From the IMG/VR virus record IMGVR_UViG_3300009594_000001: a DNA stretch of 39,649 nucleotides; one strand, 5' to 3'. The stretch comes from a virus (taxonomy: Duplodnaviria > Heunggongvirae > Uroviricota > Caudoviricetes). Each line of letters opens with the position of its first letter. The first letter of the stretch is position 1. Position numbers and translations under genes: made by a program. Under the pieces are notes generated by a model that saw nothing but the letters and a program-made list of their open reading frames with translations, was not told where the DNA came from and ran no database searches. Below, in pieces: positions 8,769 through 17,368 of this stretch.

Positions 8769-9933
8769 GAATACCCTGCCTGTTGACGAAGGAGTTCAGC
8801 AACAGGACGGAGAGGATTCCCCTAGTATCAAGGCTGGTGTACGAAAGCTGAACTCAAATGGGACACCGGCCAAATTTCAAAAATTACTATCAGAAAAGAA
8901 GCCACGACGAGCGGCTATATTCACACACGCATTCCCTGATCCCGATGCCATCTCCTCAATGATGGCTCTGGCTTGGTTGCTACGCAAATCGTTTGAAGAG
9001 ATCGAAGTGATCTGCTTCTTCGATGGCGTGGTATCTCACCCGCAGAATATCGCAATGGTCAACCTGCTCGATCCTGAGATGCGAGCAGTCGAAGAGTACA
9101 AACCCGAAGGCTGGGACTTACACTTCCTGGTTGACACTGTTCCGAGTCATGCGGGCGTCGGTGCCGATGTAGGAGAAGATGACAAGCCGGTTTGCCGGAA
9201 GGTCAAGTTCGATTGCATCATCGATCACCACAAAGAACAACTCACGCCAGATTGCCAAGGCTTGTTCATCAATCTCAAGGCAGGCAGTTGTGCAGCCACG
9301 GTCTTTCATCTCATTAAGAAGATGGGCCTCAAGTTCGAGAAGACTATTGACTACGATGTGAAAGTAGCTACGGCGATCATGGTTGGCATCATGACCGATA
9401 CCGAAAACCTGATGTCCGAAGATGCTACGGTCTATGAATCAGATGCCTTCGCCGATCTACTGGAACTCAAGAACCATAGCATCCTCAAACAGATCGTCAA
9501 TTACGAGCGGCCCAAGTATTGGGTGAAGAAGGAAGCTGAGGCCGTCAATAGAGCAGAAGTCCACGAGGGCGTCGGTGTCGTCGGCCTGGGTATCCTTTCC
9601 AGAGAACATCGGGATATGATCTCGGATATGGCTCAGCAAATGGTGTCGTGGGAAGATGTAAACACAGCCGTGGCTTTTGCCATAGTAGACGGTCACTTCA
9701 TCGAGGGCAGCGTTCGTAGCAAGAACGCTTCTACTTCGGTCCCGATCCTGTGCAGACAGTTGGGGTTGGACAAGGGCGGCGAGGGCGGCGGCAAGCTGGG
9801 CAAGGGAGCCTATCGGTACGACTTAGCGGGTGCCGGTGTGGAGGAAGACGAAGAAGAGAAGACCAAGGATGAAATCTGGGAACTCTTCAGGAAGCGAGAG
9901 CTTCTTCGTATCTTCAAGATCATCAAGAAATGA
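8761..9933 (+). CDS. DHH/DHHA1 family phosphoesterase (NrnA/GdpP-like)
   Basis: HAFPDPDA, LVDT, IIDHH and GIMTDT motifs; DHHA1-like SVRS...GGG. Confidence 0.88.
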   Translation: MAENTLPVDEGVQQQDGEDSPSIKAGVRKLNSNGTPAKFQKLLSEKKPRRAAIFTHAFPDPDAISSMMALAWLLRKSFEEIEVICFFDGVVSHPQNIAMVNLLDPEMRAVEEYKPEGWDLHFLVDTVPSHAGVGADVGEDDKPVCRKVKFDCIIDHHKEQLTPDCQGLFINLKAGSCAATVFHLIKKMGLKFEKTIDYDVKVATAIMVGIMTDTENLMSEDATVYESDAFADLLELKNHSILKQIVNYERPKYWVKKEAEAVNRAEVHEGVGVVGLGILSREHRDMISDMAQQMVSWEDVNTAVAFAIVDGHFIEGSVRSKNASTSVPILCRQLGLDKGGEGGGKLGKGAYRYDLAGAGVEEDEEEKTKDEIWELFRKRELLRIFKIIKK

Positions 9934-9944
9934 CTTAGTAATCC

Positions 9945-9974
9945 AAAACCCCACCGCTTGCGGTGGGGTTTTTT
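9945..9974 (+). terminator. Intrinsic terminator
   Basis: AAAACCCCACCG-CTTG-CGGTGGGGTTTT plus further Ts. Confidence 0.9.
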
Positions 9975-9997
9975 GTTGGCCCTAGCTCTAATAGGGC

Positions 9998-10192
9998 ATG
10001 GACAAATTCTTCACTATCAAGTGCAGGTGCGGCTGGGTGAAACAGACCACCGGCCTGGATGACGATCTCTCCTACAAGGGCATTCCGCTTCACGAATATC
10101 AGAAATGTTCTAATTGCGGCAAACCCAGATCGTTTCGTTGCCCGGTCTGCGGTACTATATGCAAGATGTTGAGGATCAGAGGGAACGAATGA
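9998..10192 (+). CDS. Small Cys-rich zinc-binding protein
   Basis: CRC, CSNC and CPVCGTIC motifs in 64 aa; ATGA-coupled to the next gene. Confidence 0.65.
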   Translation: MDKFFTIKCRCGWVKQTTGLDDDLSYKGIPLHEYQKCSNCGKPRSFRCPVCGTICKMLRIRGNE

Positions 10193-11388
10193 AACAAGCC
10201 AAAATAGGGGCGAAGTTGCTTGCACCCAAGTTCTTCAATCCAGGCAACTACACCGAGATGCAACCGGAGCCTGAGATCGAGGATTTGAAGTTCATCGTCC
10301 ACAAATTTTCAAGTAGGAAGAAGCCGAGCAAGCCGCAGGACATTCACTACATCTCAAACTTTTCTGAGTTTGGGTGCGAGTCTGTCGGCGTGATGTACAA
10401 CATACCCGTTGTATTAAATCAACCAGAGACCAAGGGAAAGTATTCTATAGCGGTCGGTTGGTATGGCCGAGAATATCTTTACCGCCATTTGGTTGATGAG
10501 TTCTGGGAGTTGGATCAAGAATTCATGTGGCTGAGGGACTACGCCAGAGCTTTCCACCACGTCTCAAAGAACTTGAAGAGGTTAGAATCGACACTAAGGA
10601 ACACAGGGCATCTAACTAGCTGCGAAAACCTTGGCCAAGTGGCAGTTGGGAATACTTGTGCCAAGTGCGGGTATAATTGGGGCCAAGCAGAGTACGCCGT
10701 GTCTTGTCCTAAATGCGGCGGTAAGGAGTTTTCGCACCGGTCTCTATTCAGTGATGTAAAAAACTGGAAGCCCAAAGCAGTTCGCTTGCCCAAGCCGTCC
10801 AAGAGAAAACTAGATGAGGTTGCCAAATACCTGAAGCCTAATTCGGCAGGCATCTTTGCTCGTGGTCGTAAAACCTATGGTAGAAACCTTCAGTCAGAAT
10901 TCTATGTGAAACTCATCGATCTATTGGAGCGTAAGGGGTATAATCCGATTTGGCTTGGTGAAAAGCAATCTACTCTGGAATGCCCGGTCGATCATATCAC
11001 AGACTTTTCTAGGATGTCGGAAGCCAGAGACCTAGAGCTAACACTAGCCATCATTTGCCAACTCAAGTTCACGGTTCAATTCTGGACTGCTTCTACTAGG
11101 TTTGCGGGCATGATGGGTATTCCTTATCTTCTCTTTGAAAGCCCAGATCAGATATGGGGCAATGGGCAAGAGGGTTTTCGACGCAATCTTTGTGACTTTG
11201 GGCCACGCAAGCTAGTTGCGGCACACTTCCTGAATGTGTATAACGATAACGAACGTGGTTTAAGCGTCGTTGGACGATGCATAGAGGAAATGGAGGCCGA
11301 GAACTGGAATGACGTAGTTGATATGGTCGAAAGCAGTGCGGTCGTTCAGGGCATGAGAATGTCTAATGAGAACAGAATAGGGGGATAA
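10189..11388 (+). CDS. GT-B/GT9 (heptosyltransferase-like) protein with inserted zinc ribbon
   Basis: C-terminal LIDLLERKGYNPIWLG...LELTLAII...WTASTRFAGMMGIPYLLF fits the GT9 nucleotide-sugar domain pattern; CAKC/CPKC insert; start reassigned to ATG 10189. Confidence 0.55.
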   Translation: MKQAKIGAKLLAPKFFNPGNYTEMQPEPEIEDLKFIVHKFSSRKKPSKPQDIHYISNFSEFGCESVGVMYNIPVVLNQPETKGKYSIAVGWYGREYLYRHLVDEFWELDQEFMWLRDYARAFHHVSKNLKRLESTLRNTGHLTSCENLGQVAVGNTCAKCGYNWGQAEYAVSCPKCGGKEFSHRSLFSDVKNWKPKAVRLPKPSKRKLDEVAKYLKPNSAGIFARGRKTYGRNLQSEFYVKLIDLLERKGYNPIWLGEKQSTLECPVDHITDFSRMSEARDLELTLAIICQLKFTVQFWTASTRFAGMMGIPYLLFESPDQIWGNGQEGFRRNLCDFGPRKLVAAHFLNVYNDNERGLSVVGRCIEEMEAENWNDVVDMVESSAVVQGMRMSNENRIGG

Positions 11389-12528
11389 ATGGAAACCGTT
11401 GCCATACTTAGAAAGGCAGCCGATGCTTGCGGCTTCCGTCGTTCCAAGTTCGTAGAAAAAGACATACCCACTAATCCAGACAATATCTCGGCCATGCTTA
11501 CGTTGGGCGATATTCGATCTACCTTCGTTCTATCTTCGTTACTACTCAGAAGGTATAGGGAGGAAGTCAAAGGGTCCAAGTATTTTATCGTGTGTTCTTG
11601 GCCTGGATATGCCGGGTTGTTTCCATTTGCCAGCGAGTTTTGGGAGATTAGGGATAACACAGCCCTCCAAAGAATATATGCGGCTACAAGCAACTTTGAG
11701 AACACGTCGTCGGAGTACGACATCTACAAACGGGCATTGAACTGGCACCTTGCTGACGTGAATGACTTCGAGAACCTGAAGCCCTACTATTCCAACGGGC
11801 TGACTAAAGAATTCACCGAAAGATTTCGACATGTTAAAGTATCGTTTCCCTCGGTTCCTTCTGGGGCTATCCTCGGAACCGATTTTGTGAGACAGTTAAA
11901 CAGGTTGTCGGGCGAGAAGGTCTTTATCTACCCTTGCCTGTATTTTAATTACTGGCTCAATGGAAGGCTATATAAAGAAAAGACACCGAAAGGATTCTGG
12001 GTGGAGTGTTGCAACAGCTTGATTAAGGGCGGCTTCAGGCCCGTCGTCTACCAGAACTGGCTCGCACACGATATCTCGCCGGATTTGGCAAACGAGTGCG
12101 TGTTTGTGACCGACGAAAACCTATCTTCGGTCCTGGGTGCCATGCGGCTATGTAGTTGTGTAGTTGATTTCTATTCCGGTATTTCAAGATTTTCTATAGC
12201 TGCCAGGACTCCTTTCATTGCATTTGACGAGCGACTTAGGTATTCTAGTTGCAAAGAGTACGAGGTTGATGACCTCTGTGGAAAGGGCATACCCAACAGG
12301 TATATTTTTACCTTTCCCACTATAATAAAGGATGGCAATCCGTTTCTGTGGAAGGCCAACTACTATGACTTGCTGGTAGCCAAGTTGAATTCATTCTTGC
12401 CGGAAGTAGATCGTGATCTGTTGCCGAGTACCTCAGAATTAGCGGAAATAGTTCCCTATGACAATGTTCGCAAAATCAAAAATAAGCGACTAGGTACGAG
12501 ATTTGTGAAAGTCCCAAAGGAGATATGA
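11389..12528 (+). CDS. Second GT-B/GT9-like protein
   Basis: FWVECCNSLIKGGFRPVV...LSSVLGAMRLCSCVVDFYSGISRFSIAARTPFIAF; abuts the previous gene. Confidence 0.5.
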   Translation: METVAILRKAADACGFRRSKFVEKDIPTNPDNISAMLTLGDIRSTFVLSSLLLRRYREEVKGSKYFIVCSWPGYAGLFPFASEFWEIRDNTALQRIYAATSNFENTSSEYDIYKRALNWHLADVNDFENLKPYYSNGLTKEFTERFRHVKVSFPSVPSGAILGTDFVRQLNRLSGEKVFIYPCLYFNYWLNGRLYKEKTPKGFWVECCNSLIKGGFRPVVYQNWLAHDISPDLANECVFVTDENLSSVLGAMRLCSCVVDFYSGISRFSIAARTPFIAFDERLRYSSCKEYEVDDLCGKGIPNRYIFTFPTIIKDGNPFLWKANYYDLLVAKLNSFLPEVDRDLLPSTSELAEIVPYDNVRKIKNKRLGTRFVKVPKEI

Positions 12529-12529
12529 G

Positions 12530-12781
12530 ATGTCATGCAAAGTTGAAAACAGGCTGGCCAACCCGCACGCCTCGTATGACGAAAGAGAGAAGGCGTTCAA
12601 GACCATGTTGGCTATCTTTAAGAAGAGGGTCAGTGAAGCAGGTATCATCTCAGAGTACAAACAGCGGCAGTCTTACGAAAGTAAGGGCGAGAAAGCCAGA
12701 CGCAAGAAGAAAGAATCAGCTTTGGCTCGACAACGGGGAGTAGATGGGAAGAAGGTAAGGGAATACTTTGGAAGAGACTAG
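12530..12781 (+). CDS. rpsU: 30S ribosomal protein bS21 homolog (phage-encoded)
   Basis: MLAIFKKRVSEAGIISEYKQRQSYESKGEKARRKKKES matches the bS21 pattern (LRRFKR...GI..E.R.R..YEKP..KRRRK); AAGGAG upstream. Confidence 0.8.
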   Translation: MSCKVENRLANPHASYDEREKAFKTMLAIFKKRVSEAGIISEYKQRQSYESKGEKARRKKKESALARQRGVDGKKVREYFGRD

Positions 12782-12788
12782 GTGTGAT

Positions 12789-13061
12789 ATGGCAGTAAAA
12801 AAAGAAGGCAACGTGGTCATCATCAGTGCGTCTGTGCGACCCAAGATCAAGCAGATTCTAGATGAGGCTAAATTGAAGACAGGGAAATCAAAGTCGGTTA
12901 TCATCAGTGACTTGGTAAACAAGTACCTGGATTTGGTCGTCAATGATGGCGATGAAGTGCCGGTGATACTACGCATACCTGCCTTGCTCAAGGGAAAACC
13001 AGACGAGCTACGGGATTGGCTAGAAGCTAGAAGCGAAGCCGTCATCAAGGCTCTATCTTGA
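12789..13061 (+). CDS. Small protein, possible ribbon-helix-helix (CopG-like) DNA binder
   Basis: VIISASVRPKIKQILDEAKLKTGKSKSVIISDLVNKYL has a beta-alpha-alpha pattern. Confidence 0.5.
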   Translation: MAVKKEGNVVIISASVRPKIKQILDEAKLKTGKSKSVIISDLVNKYLDLVVNDGDEVPVILRIPALLKGKPDELRDWLEARSEAVIKALS

Positions 13062-13579
13062 TTTGTACCGTTGATTTTGATAAACTTGATTCAATGAAGA
13101 TCGTCAAGTCAGAAGAAATCCCGACCAAGGATTCTATAGTTTCCGTTCCGACCGACCCTCTGATGAAAGTCTACCAGACGTGTCAGGCGATGGAAATCAT
13201 CTGTGAGCGGAATGGCGGCATTGGGCTGTCGGCTGTCCAGGTCGGAATTCCTTGGAAGCTCTTCATAGCCAAGCATGGCGACAAATACAAATACCTCATT
13301 GATTGCGAGTACGAGCCAGTTGGCACAGTTAGATCGACTTCTATAGAGGGATGCTTGTCCTTGCGTGACAGCTTCGGCACGCTACGACATTTCGTAGTGG
13401 AGAGGTTTGATAAGGTGAAGGTCAAGGGCAAGGAATTGCTGTATGAGAAAGACCTTGAGTTGGTGGATATGGATGTCGAACTCGGTGGTCTAGATGGTAT
13501 ACTGTACCAACACGAAATCGATCATCATCGTGGAATCTTGATTTCTGACTTCGGACACGAGATAGTGGTGTACAAGTAA
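13058..13579 (+). CDS. def: Peptide deformylase
   Basis: All three motifs intact: GIGLSAVQVG, EGCLS, QHEIDH; start is TTG 13058 or ATG 13094. Confidence 0.93.
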   Translation: MICTVDFDKLDSMKIVKSEEIPTKDSIVSVPTDPLMKVYQTCQAMEIICERNGGIGLSAVQVGIPWKLFIAKHGDKYKYLIDCEYEPVGTVRSTSIEGCLSLRDSFGTLRHFVVERFDKVKVKGKELLYEKDLELVDMDVELGGLDGILYQHEIDHHRGILISDFGHEIVVYK

Positions 13580-13863
13580 TGCTTTCAAAACTTCAATTGC
13601 TCAATGTCTGTTTGCTGTACTCAGGAGACCACAAAAAGTGCCGGTATCTGTCGCAGGATCACCAGGACTATAATAAGTGGTACTGCATCAAGCACAAGCC
13701 CGCCGAGAAGGATAAGGTGGATCAAACTATCCAAGATTTCATTAGTGACTGCAAAAAGAAGGGCCTCGACCCGTATTCTCAGGGTGTGGCCCTCGGTGAT
13801 AACTGTGCCGGGTATCCAGTCCTTCGCTACATCGAGCAGGGATATGACAAGGACAAGAACTGA
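13579..13863 (+). CDS. Hypothetical Cys-containing protein
   Basis: 94-aa ORF, TAATG coupling to def. Confidence 0.65.
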   Translation: MLSKLQLLNVCLLYSGDHKKCRYLSQDHQDYNKWYCIKHKPAEKDKVDQTIQDFISDCKKKGLDPYSQGVALGDNCAGYPVLRYIEQGYDKDKN

Positions 13864-13940
13864 TGGACTGGTTGATCCTCTTCAACCTGTTTTTCGCAAT
13901 ATACAATTTCGTTTTCTGGGGTATATTTAGGAATAAGCTA

Positions 13941-14480
13941 TCACTCGTCTGCGGCCTGCTCTCGCTGACGGTAACACTTGTACTGATTCTGGCTCTTTAC
14001 CATTAGGTGGTAAACCTGATCCTCGACATTCGAGTTCATGGCAGCCATAAACACGTTGTCGTTCAGGTCCACGTCGTTGTAGTTCGCTATTTGTTGAGCC
14101 ATGATTTCCGCCGTCTTGGTTTGTTTGAGAGCTTGGGAGCGGTAGTATAAGACGAGTAACATGCCGATTACGATAGTAGCAAAAACGGCTACCAGGGCAC
14201 CGTCGCCTTGTAGAATCTGAACGCCGCTGTTTTGATTGTTTTTGTTGTAGTTGATGAGGCCGTTTTGCAAGTTCTGAATATCCCTTGCATTGATGTCGTT
14301 TTGTTGACGTAGATTAAGCAAGTCCAACATGAGGCCGTTTTGGTTGTTCTTGATGTCATCTATCTTGCCATTTTGGTTTTGCAATTCTTGCTTCAGTTCT
14401 GGGCTTAGTGGACTGAACCTTCCACACCCGCTCAGTGTCAATGTTGTGAGTATTGCGAATATAGTTAAAATCCTTTTCAT
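13941..14480 (-). CDS. Lipoprotein with coiled coil and internal TM helix (u-spanin-like topology)
   Basis: Start reassigned to ATG 14480 (GGAGG SD); signal MKRILTIFAILTTLTLSGC with lipobox LSGC; TM ALVAVFATIVIGMLLVLYY; 179 aa. Confidence 0.75.
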   Translation of the reverse strand: MKRILTIFAILTTLTLSGCGRFSPLSPELKQELQNQNGKIDDIKNNQNGLMLDLLNLRQQNDINARDIQNLQNGLINYNKNNQNSGVQILQGDGALVAVFATIVIGMLLVLYYRSQALKQTKTAEIMAQQIANYNDVDLNDNVFMAAMNSNVEDQVYHLMVKSQNQYKCYRQREQAADE

Positions 14481-14519
14481 TCGAGCCTCCGACTTGCTAG
14501 AGTTTTCTAAAAGTATGTA

Positions 14520-14548
14520 TTGCCAGACCCGGCGAATTTCGGTAGAAT
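14520..14548 (+). promoter_or_regulatory. sigma70-type promoter for the operon that includes IDO
   Basis: TTGCCA (14520-14525), 17-nt spacer, TAGAAT (14543-14548). Confidence 0.7.
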
Positions 14549-14610
14549 GAGTCGTTCTCTCGTCGGGTATGTTGTGAGGGAACTTCCTCCAAGACTGAGG
14601 AGCAAAGTGT

Positions 14611-15081
14611 ATGACTAAATTCCTCGTTAGGAGTGACGAAGAGATCGACATGGAGGACGGCTGCCAACTGGAAGAGCCGCCAGCAGAACAAGAGGAGACC
14701 TGTCCAGAGATTCTCGATGAGACTTTCTTCGGGGATTTCCTTCTCGATATCCAAGCCACGATTCGAGACCTGATCGACCGGTTCTTCGTAGGACGAGAGA
14801 TGTACTGTGGCGGCGAGATTCCGAAGTCGGTTCTACATGCCGATGAGTACGTGTCGCTGGTCCTGAACACAGATGTCATCAACGGCATGGATATCGTGTA
14901 TGATGCGATTGCCCGCTCCGGGCAGTATCAAACCGAATTCGAGCATGGCGTCTCCGATGACGTGAAACACGTCATCGACCTGATTCACGAGATCAAAGGC
15001 TTCGGCGTGCCCAAGCCTTTCATCACTGGCATCCTTCTCATGTACCTAGAGCTTTGCGAAGGAATGAGTGTAACTGAGTGA
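14611..15081 (+). CDS. Hypothetical acidic protein
   Basis: 156-aa ORF with GAGGAG SD. Confidence 0.7.
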   Translation: MTKFLVRSDEEIDMEDGCQLEEPPAEQEETCPEILDETFFGDFLLDIQATIRDLIDRFFVGREMYCGGEIPKSVLHADEYVSLVLNTDVINGMDIVYDAIARSGQYQTEFEHGVSDDVKHVIDLIHEIKGFGVPKPFITGILLMYLELCEGMSVTE

Positions 15082-15383
15082 GTGCCAGCGATCAGGATAT
15101 AGCCCTTGTGTCTGGGAGCTTCTTCGAGAAGGGCGTTCCCAAGAACAAGCGGTATTTACTAAAATACTTTGACAGTGAAGTGGCTGCGGTTTTTGTAAGT
15201 TACTTTTTGATTTTCCGAAGCCACACGCACTTTGTAGACCACACAGGATTCAGGGTCGGCAAGCGTTGGCTGCGGAAGTCTCAAGAACGCATAGATAGGC
15301 TGGAGAATGCATATGGCAAAGCGAGGAGTGCCGGTGACTTTAGTGCTGTGGCCGAGATTGAATCTGGGAGATACAATCTATGA
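15078..15383 (+). CDS. Hypothetical protein
   Basis: 101 aa, GTGA and ATGA overlaps at its two ends. Confidence 0.65.
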   Translation: MSASDQDIALVSGSFFEKGVPKNKRYLLKYFDSEVAAVFVSYFLIFRSHTHFVDHTGFRVGKRWLRKSQERIDRLENAYGKARSAGDFSAVAEIESGRYNL

Positions 15384-16504
15384 GCCTTTGGAGAATCTGG
15401 AGAGACGGCTTCCTGCCGTTCCATGACCCTGCCTGCCAACTACATGAAGACCTCCCTGCCTCTCAACAGGTCGAGAAACTAGCTGCCGATCTACCAGCAT
15501 TGGTTGCTGAGGGCACCATTCGACAAGAGCTAGTATCACGTCTCTCCTCGATCTCCGAACTCGAATTTTTCACTTTCTTTGACTGCCTGCCAGGTTTGCA
15601 GGGGTACGCCGAGAGAGCCATGATGCTCTTTTCGTACTTCGCTAGTTCCTATATCCACGCTCCAGGCCAACCAACTGCTACGATTCTCCCCAAGGAAATA
15701 AGTTTACCATTGGTGAGGCTGTCCGAGATCGTCGGACGCCCACCGATTCTCTCTTATGCTTCCTATTGTCTTTTTAATTGGGAGCGGTTGGAATACGACA
15801 AGCCCATTGAACTAGGCAACATCAAACTCCTTCAGAACTTTACATTGGATGAAGGACGACGTGATGAAAATTGGTTTGTCTTGGTACATGTAGATATCGA
15901 GGCTAAGGCAGGTCCAGGGATTGCAGCTATCTCGTACATGATGGACAAGTGGCGTGGCTGTCCTTTGGACGACCCTCTGGCCGAAGTGTATTCCAGTCTC
16001 GACGCCATGTACAAAACCCTTTGCCGGATGCCAGAGGAGTGTAGTCCCGATGTTTATTTTAGCAGAGTTCGGCCCTACATCTTCAGTTACGAGAATATGG
16101 TCTATGAAGGGTGGAGGCCAGAACCACTGACTTATCGAGGCGAGACCGGTGCCCAGAGTTCCGTAATCCCAGCATTTCAGATTGCCCTGGGGGTTCAGCA
16201 CAAGAATAGTATGCTTACGGAGCATTTAAGGGACATGCGGAAATACATGCCTCCAGAGCATCGAAGATGGCTCGCTAATCTAGAAAATCTGGGAACCGAT
16301 TTTAGGCAATATGCTATTAAGTTCGGGGAAAAGGAATTGTATAATAAGTGCCTTGGACGGTTGATCGATTTCAGGAAGAAACACTTGGAGTACGCTATAG
16401 AGTACATCCAGAAGAAAGTCGATAATCCAACTGGTACTGGCGGGACGCCCTACATTAGATGGCTCTCTCAGCTAGTTCAAGAGACTGAGGAGTTCTATCT
16501 ATGA
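15380..16504 (+). CDS. Indoleamine 2,3-dioxygenase (bacterial-type heme tryptophan dioxygenase)
   Basis: ENWFVLVHVDIE, RVRPYI, RGETGAQSS, MRKYMP.EHR, FRKKH (proximal His) and GTGGT are all IDO-family hallmarks. Confidence 0.88.
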   Translation: MSLWRIWRDGFLPFHDPACQLHEDLPASQQVEKLAADLPALVAEGTIRQELVSRLSSISELEFFTFFDCLPGLQGYAERAMMLFSYFASSYIHAPGQPTATILPKEISLPLVRLSEIVGRPPILSYASYCLFNWERLEYDKPIELGNIKLLQNFTLDEGRRDENWFVLVHVDIEAKAGPGIAAISYMMDKWRGCPLDDPLAEVYSSLDAMYKTLCRMPEECSPDVYFSRVRPYIFSYENMVYEGWRPEPLTYRGETGAQSSVIPAFQIALGVQHKNSMLTEHLRDMRKYMPPEHRRWLANLENLGTDFRQYAIKFGEKELYNKCLGRLIDFRKKHLEYAIEYIQKKVDNPTGTGGTPYIRWLSQLVQETEEFYL

Positions 16505-16734
16505 ATCGCTTCCTGACCTTGGCGACCCTAGACCGCCTTCGAGTTCTAGAAGGTCGTCTAACTGAATCCAAAGCAAAAACACAATTGTTGGAACTCAAGT
16601 TAGACGATCCCGATCTCTCCACAGACGACGTTTTTAACATATCTTCTAGTCTTGAAATTATTGAGGCAGATATGATAGACTGTCTCAATAATGTCCTGCT
16701 TGTAGAGCAGGAAGTCGGCCAAATTCTTTGCTAA
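16501..16734 (+). CDS. Hypothetical coiled-coil protein
   Basis: 77 aa, ATGA overlap. Confidence 0.6.
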   Translation: MNRFLTLATLDRLRVLEGRLTESKAKTQLLELKLDDPDLSTDDVFNISSSLEIIEADMIDCLNNVLLVEQEVGQILC

Positions 16735-16752
16735 CTTCAGATATATACATCC

Positions 16753-16947
16753 ATGATGAAATTCATGGATTGGTTTGTTGCTAGAGAAAGCACAGCCAGG
16801 AAGAGAGCGAAGGAAAACTTCTGCAAGTTTGCTGACAAGGATGCTCCTTGGCCGGGCGGAAATCCGCACGATGGGAACACCGGTAGTCAGGATTTGGTCG
16901 ATAAGTTCAAAAAAGCTGAACGCAAGACCAAGAAGAAAAACCGGTAG
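16753..16947 (+). CDS. Small basic protein; C-terminus altered by the 61-bp duplication
   Basis: MMKFMDWFVARE...; removing one repeat copy restores the ending KTKKKKCDD* (stop at 17014). Confidence 0.55.
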   Translation: MMKFMDWFVARESTARKRAKENFCKFADKDAPWPGGNPHDGNTGSQDLVDKFKKAERKTKKKNR

Positions 16948-17001
16948 TCAGGATTTGGTCGATAAGTTCAAAAAAGCTGAACGCAAGACCAAGAAGAAAA
17001 A
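16880..17001. repeat. Exact 61-bp tandem duplication
   Basis: CCGGTAGTCAGG...CAAGAAGAAAAA at 16880-16940 and 16941-17001. Confidence 0.95.
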
Positions 17002-17367
17002 ATGCGACGACTAACCGTACTTGTTTGGGTTGGCTTTTTCATGTTCATCGTGGTCTTAGTGGCGGCGATAGACATGTATTGGTCCATCAAGGTAGGCCCA
17101 GCCTTGCAGCAAACCGAGGAAAATCCTGTAGGCAGGCTCCTCATCAAAATCGACGGCGGCTCTTCAGCCCTGTTTATGTCAGTGAAGATGGTGGGAACTC
17201 TATTAGTGGTTCTCGCTATAATTTGGCTCTGCAATTATAGGCGGTGGTGGGCCTTTACCGTGTCACTGGTCCTGGCGGTGATGCAGGTGTCTTTGCTACT
17301 GTACCTGTACGGTGTCATTCCAGATATCCCGTCATTGCTGAGATCGTCAGCTACACTAAGGAGATGA
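17002..17367 (+). CDS. Small membrane protein, DUF5658-like
   Basis: Three hydrophobic segments; D.Y.S...EENPVGRLL...LFMSVK pattern. Confidence 0.55.
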   Translation: MRRLTVLVWVGFFMFIVVLVAAIDMYWSIKVGPALQQTEENPVGRLLIKIDGGSSALFMSVKMVGTLLVVLAIIWLCNYRRWWAFTVSLVLAVMQVSLLLYLYGVIPDIPSLLRSSATLRR

Positions 17368-17368
17368 T

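Noticed and set aside
14481-14888. N-terminal extension of the minus-strand ORF to 14888
   Set aside because: Overlaps the + strand gene at 14611; the SD and lipoprotein signal point to ATG 14480
16880-17001. CRISPR-like direct repeat
   Set aside because: Two abutting 61-nt copies with no spacer and no cas genes; a simple tandem duplication
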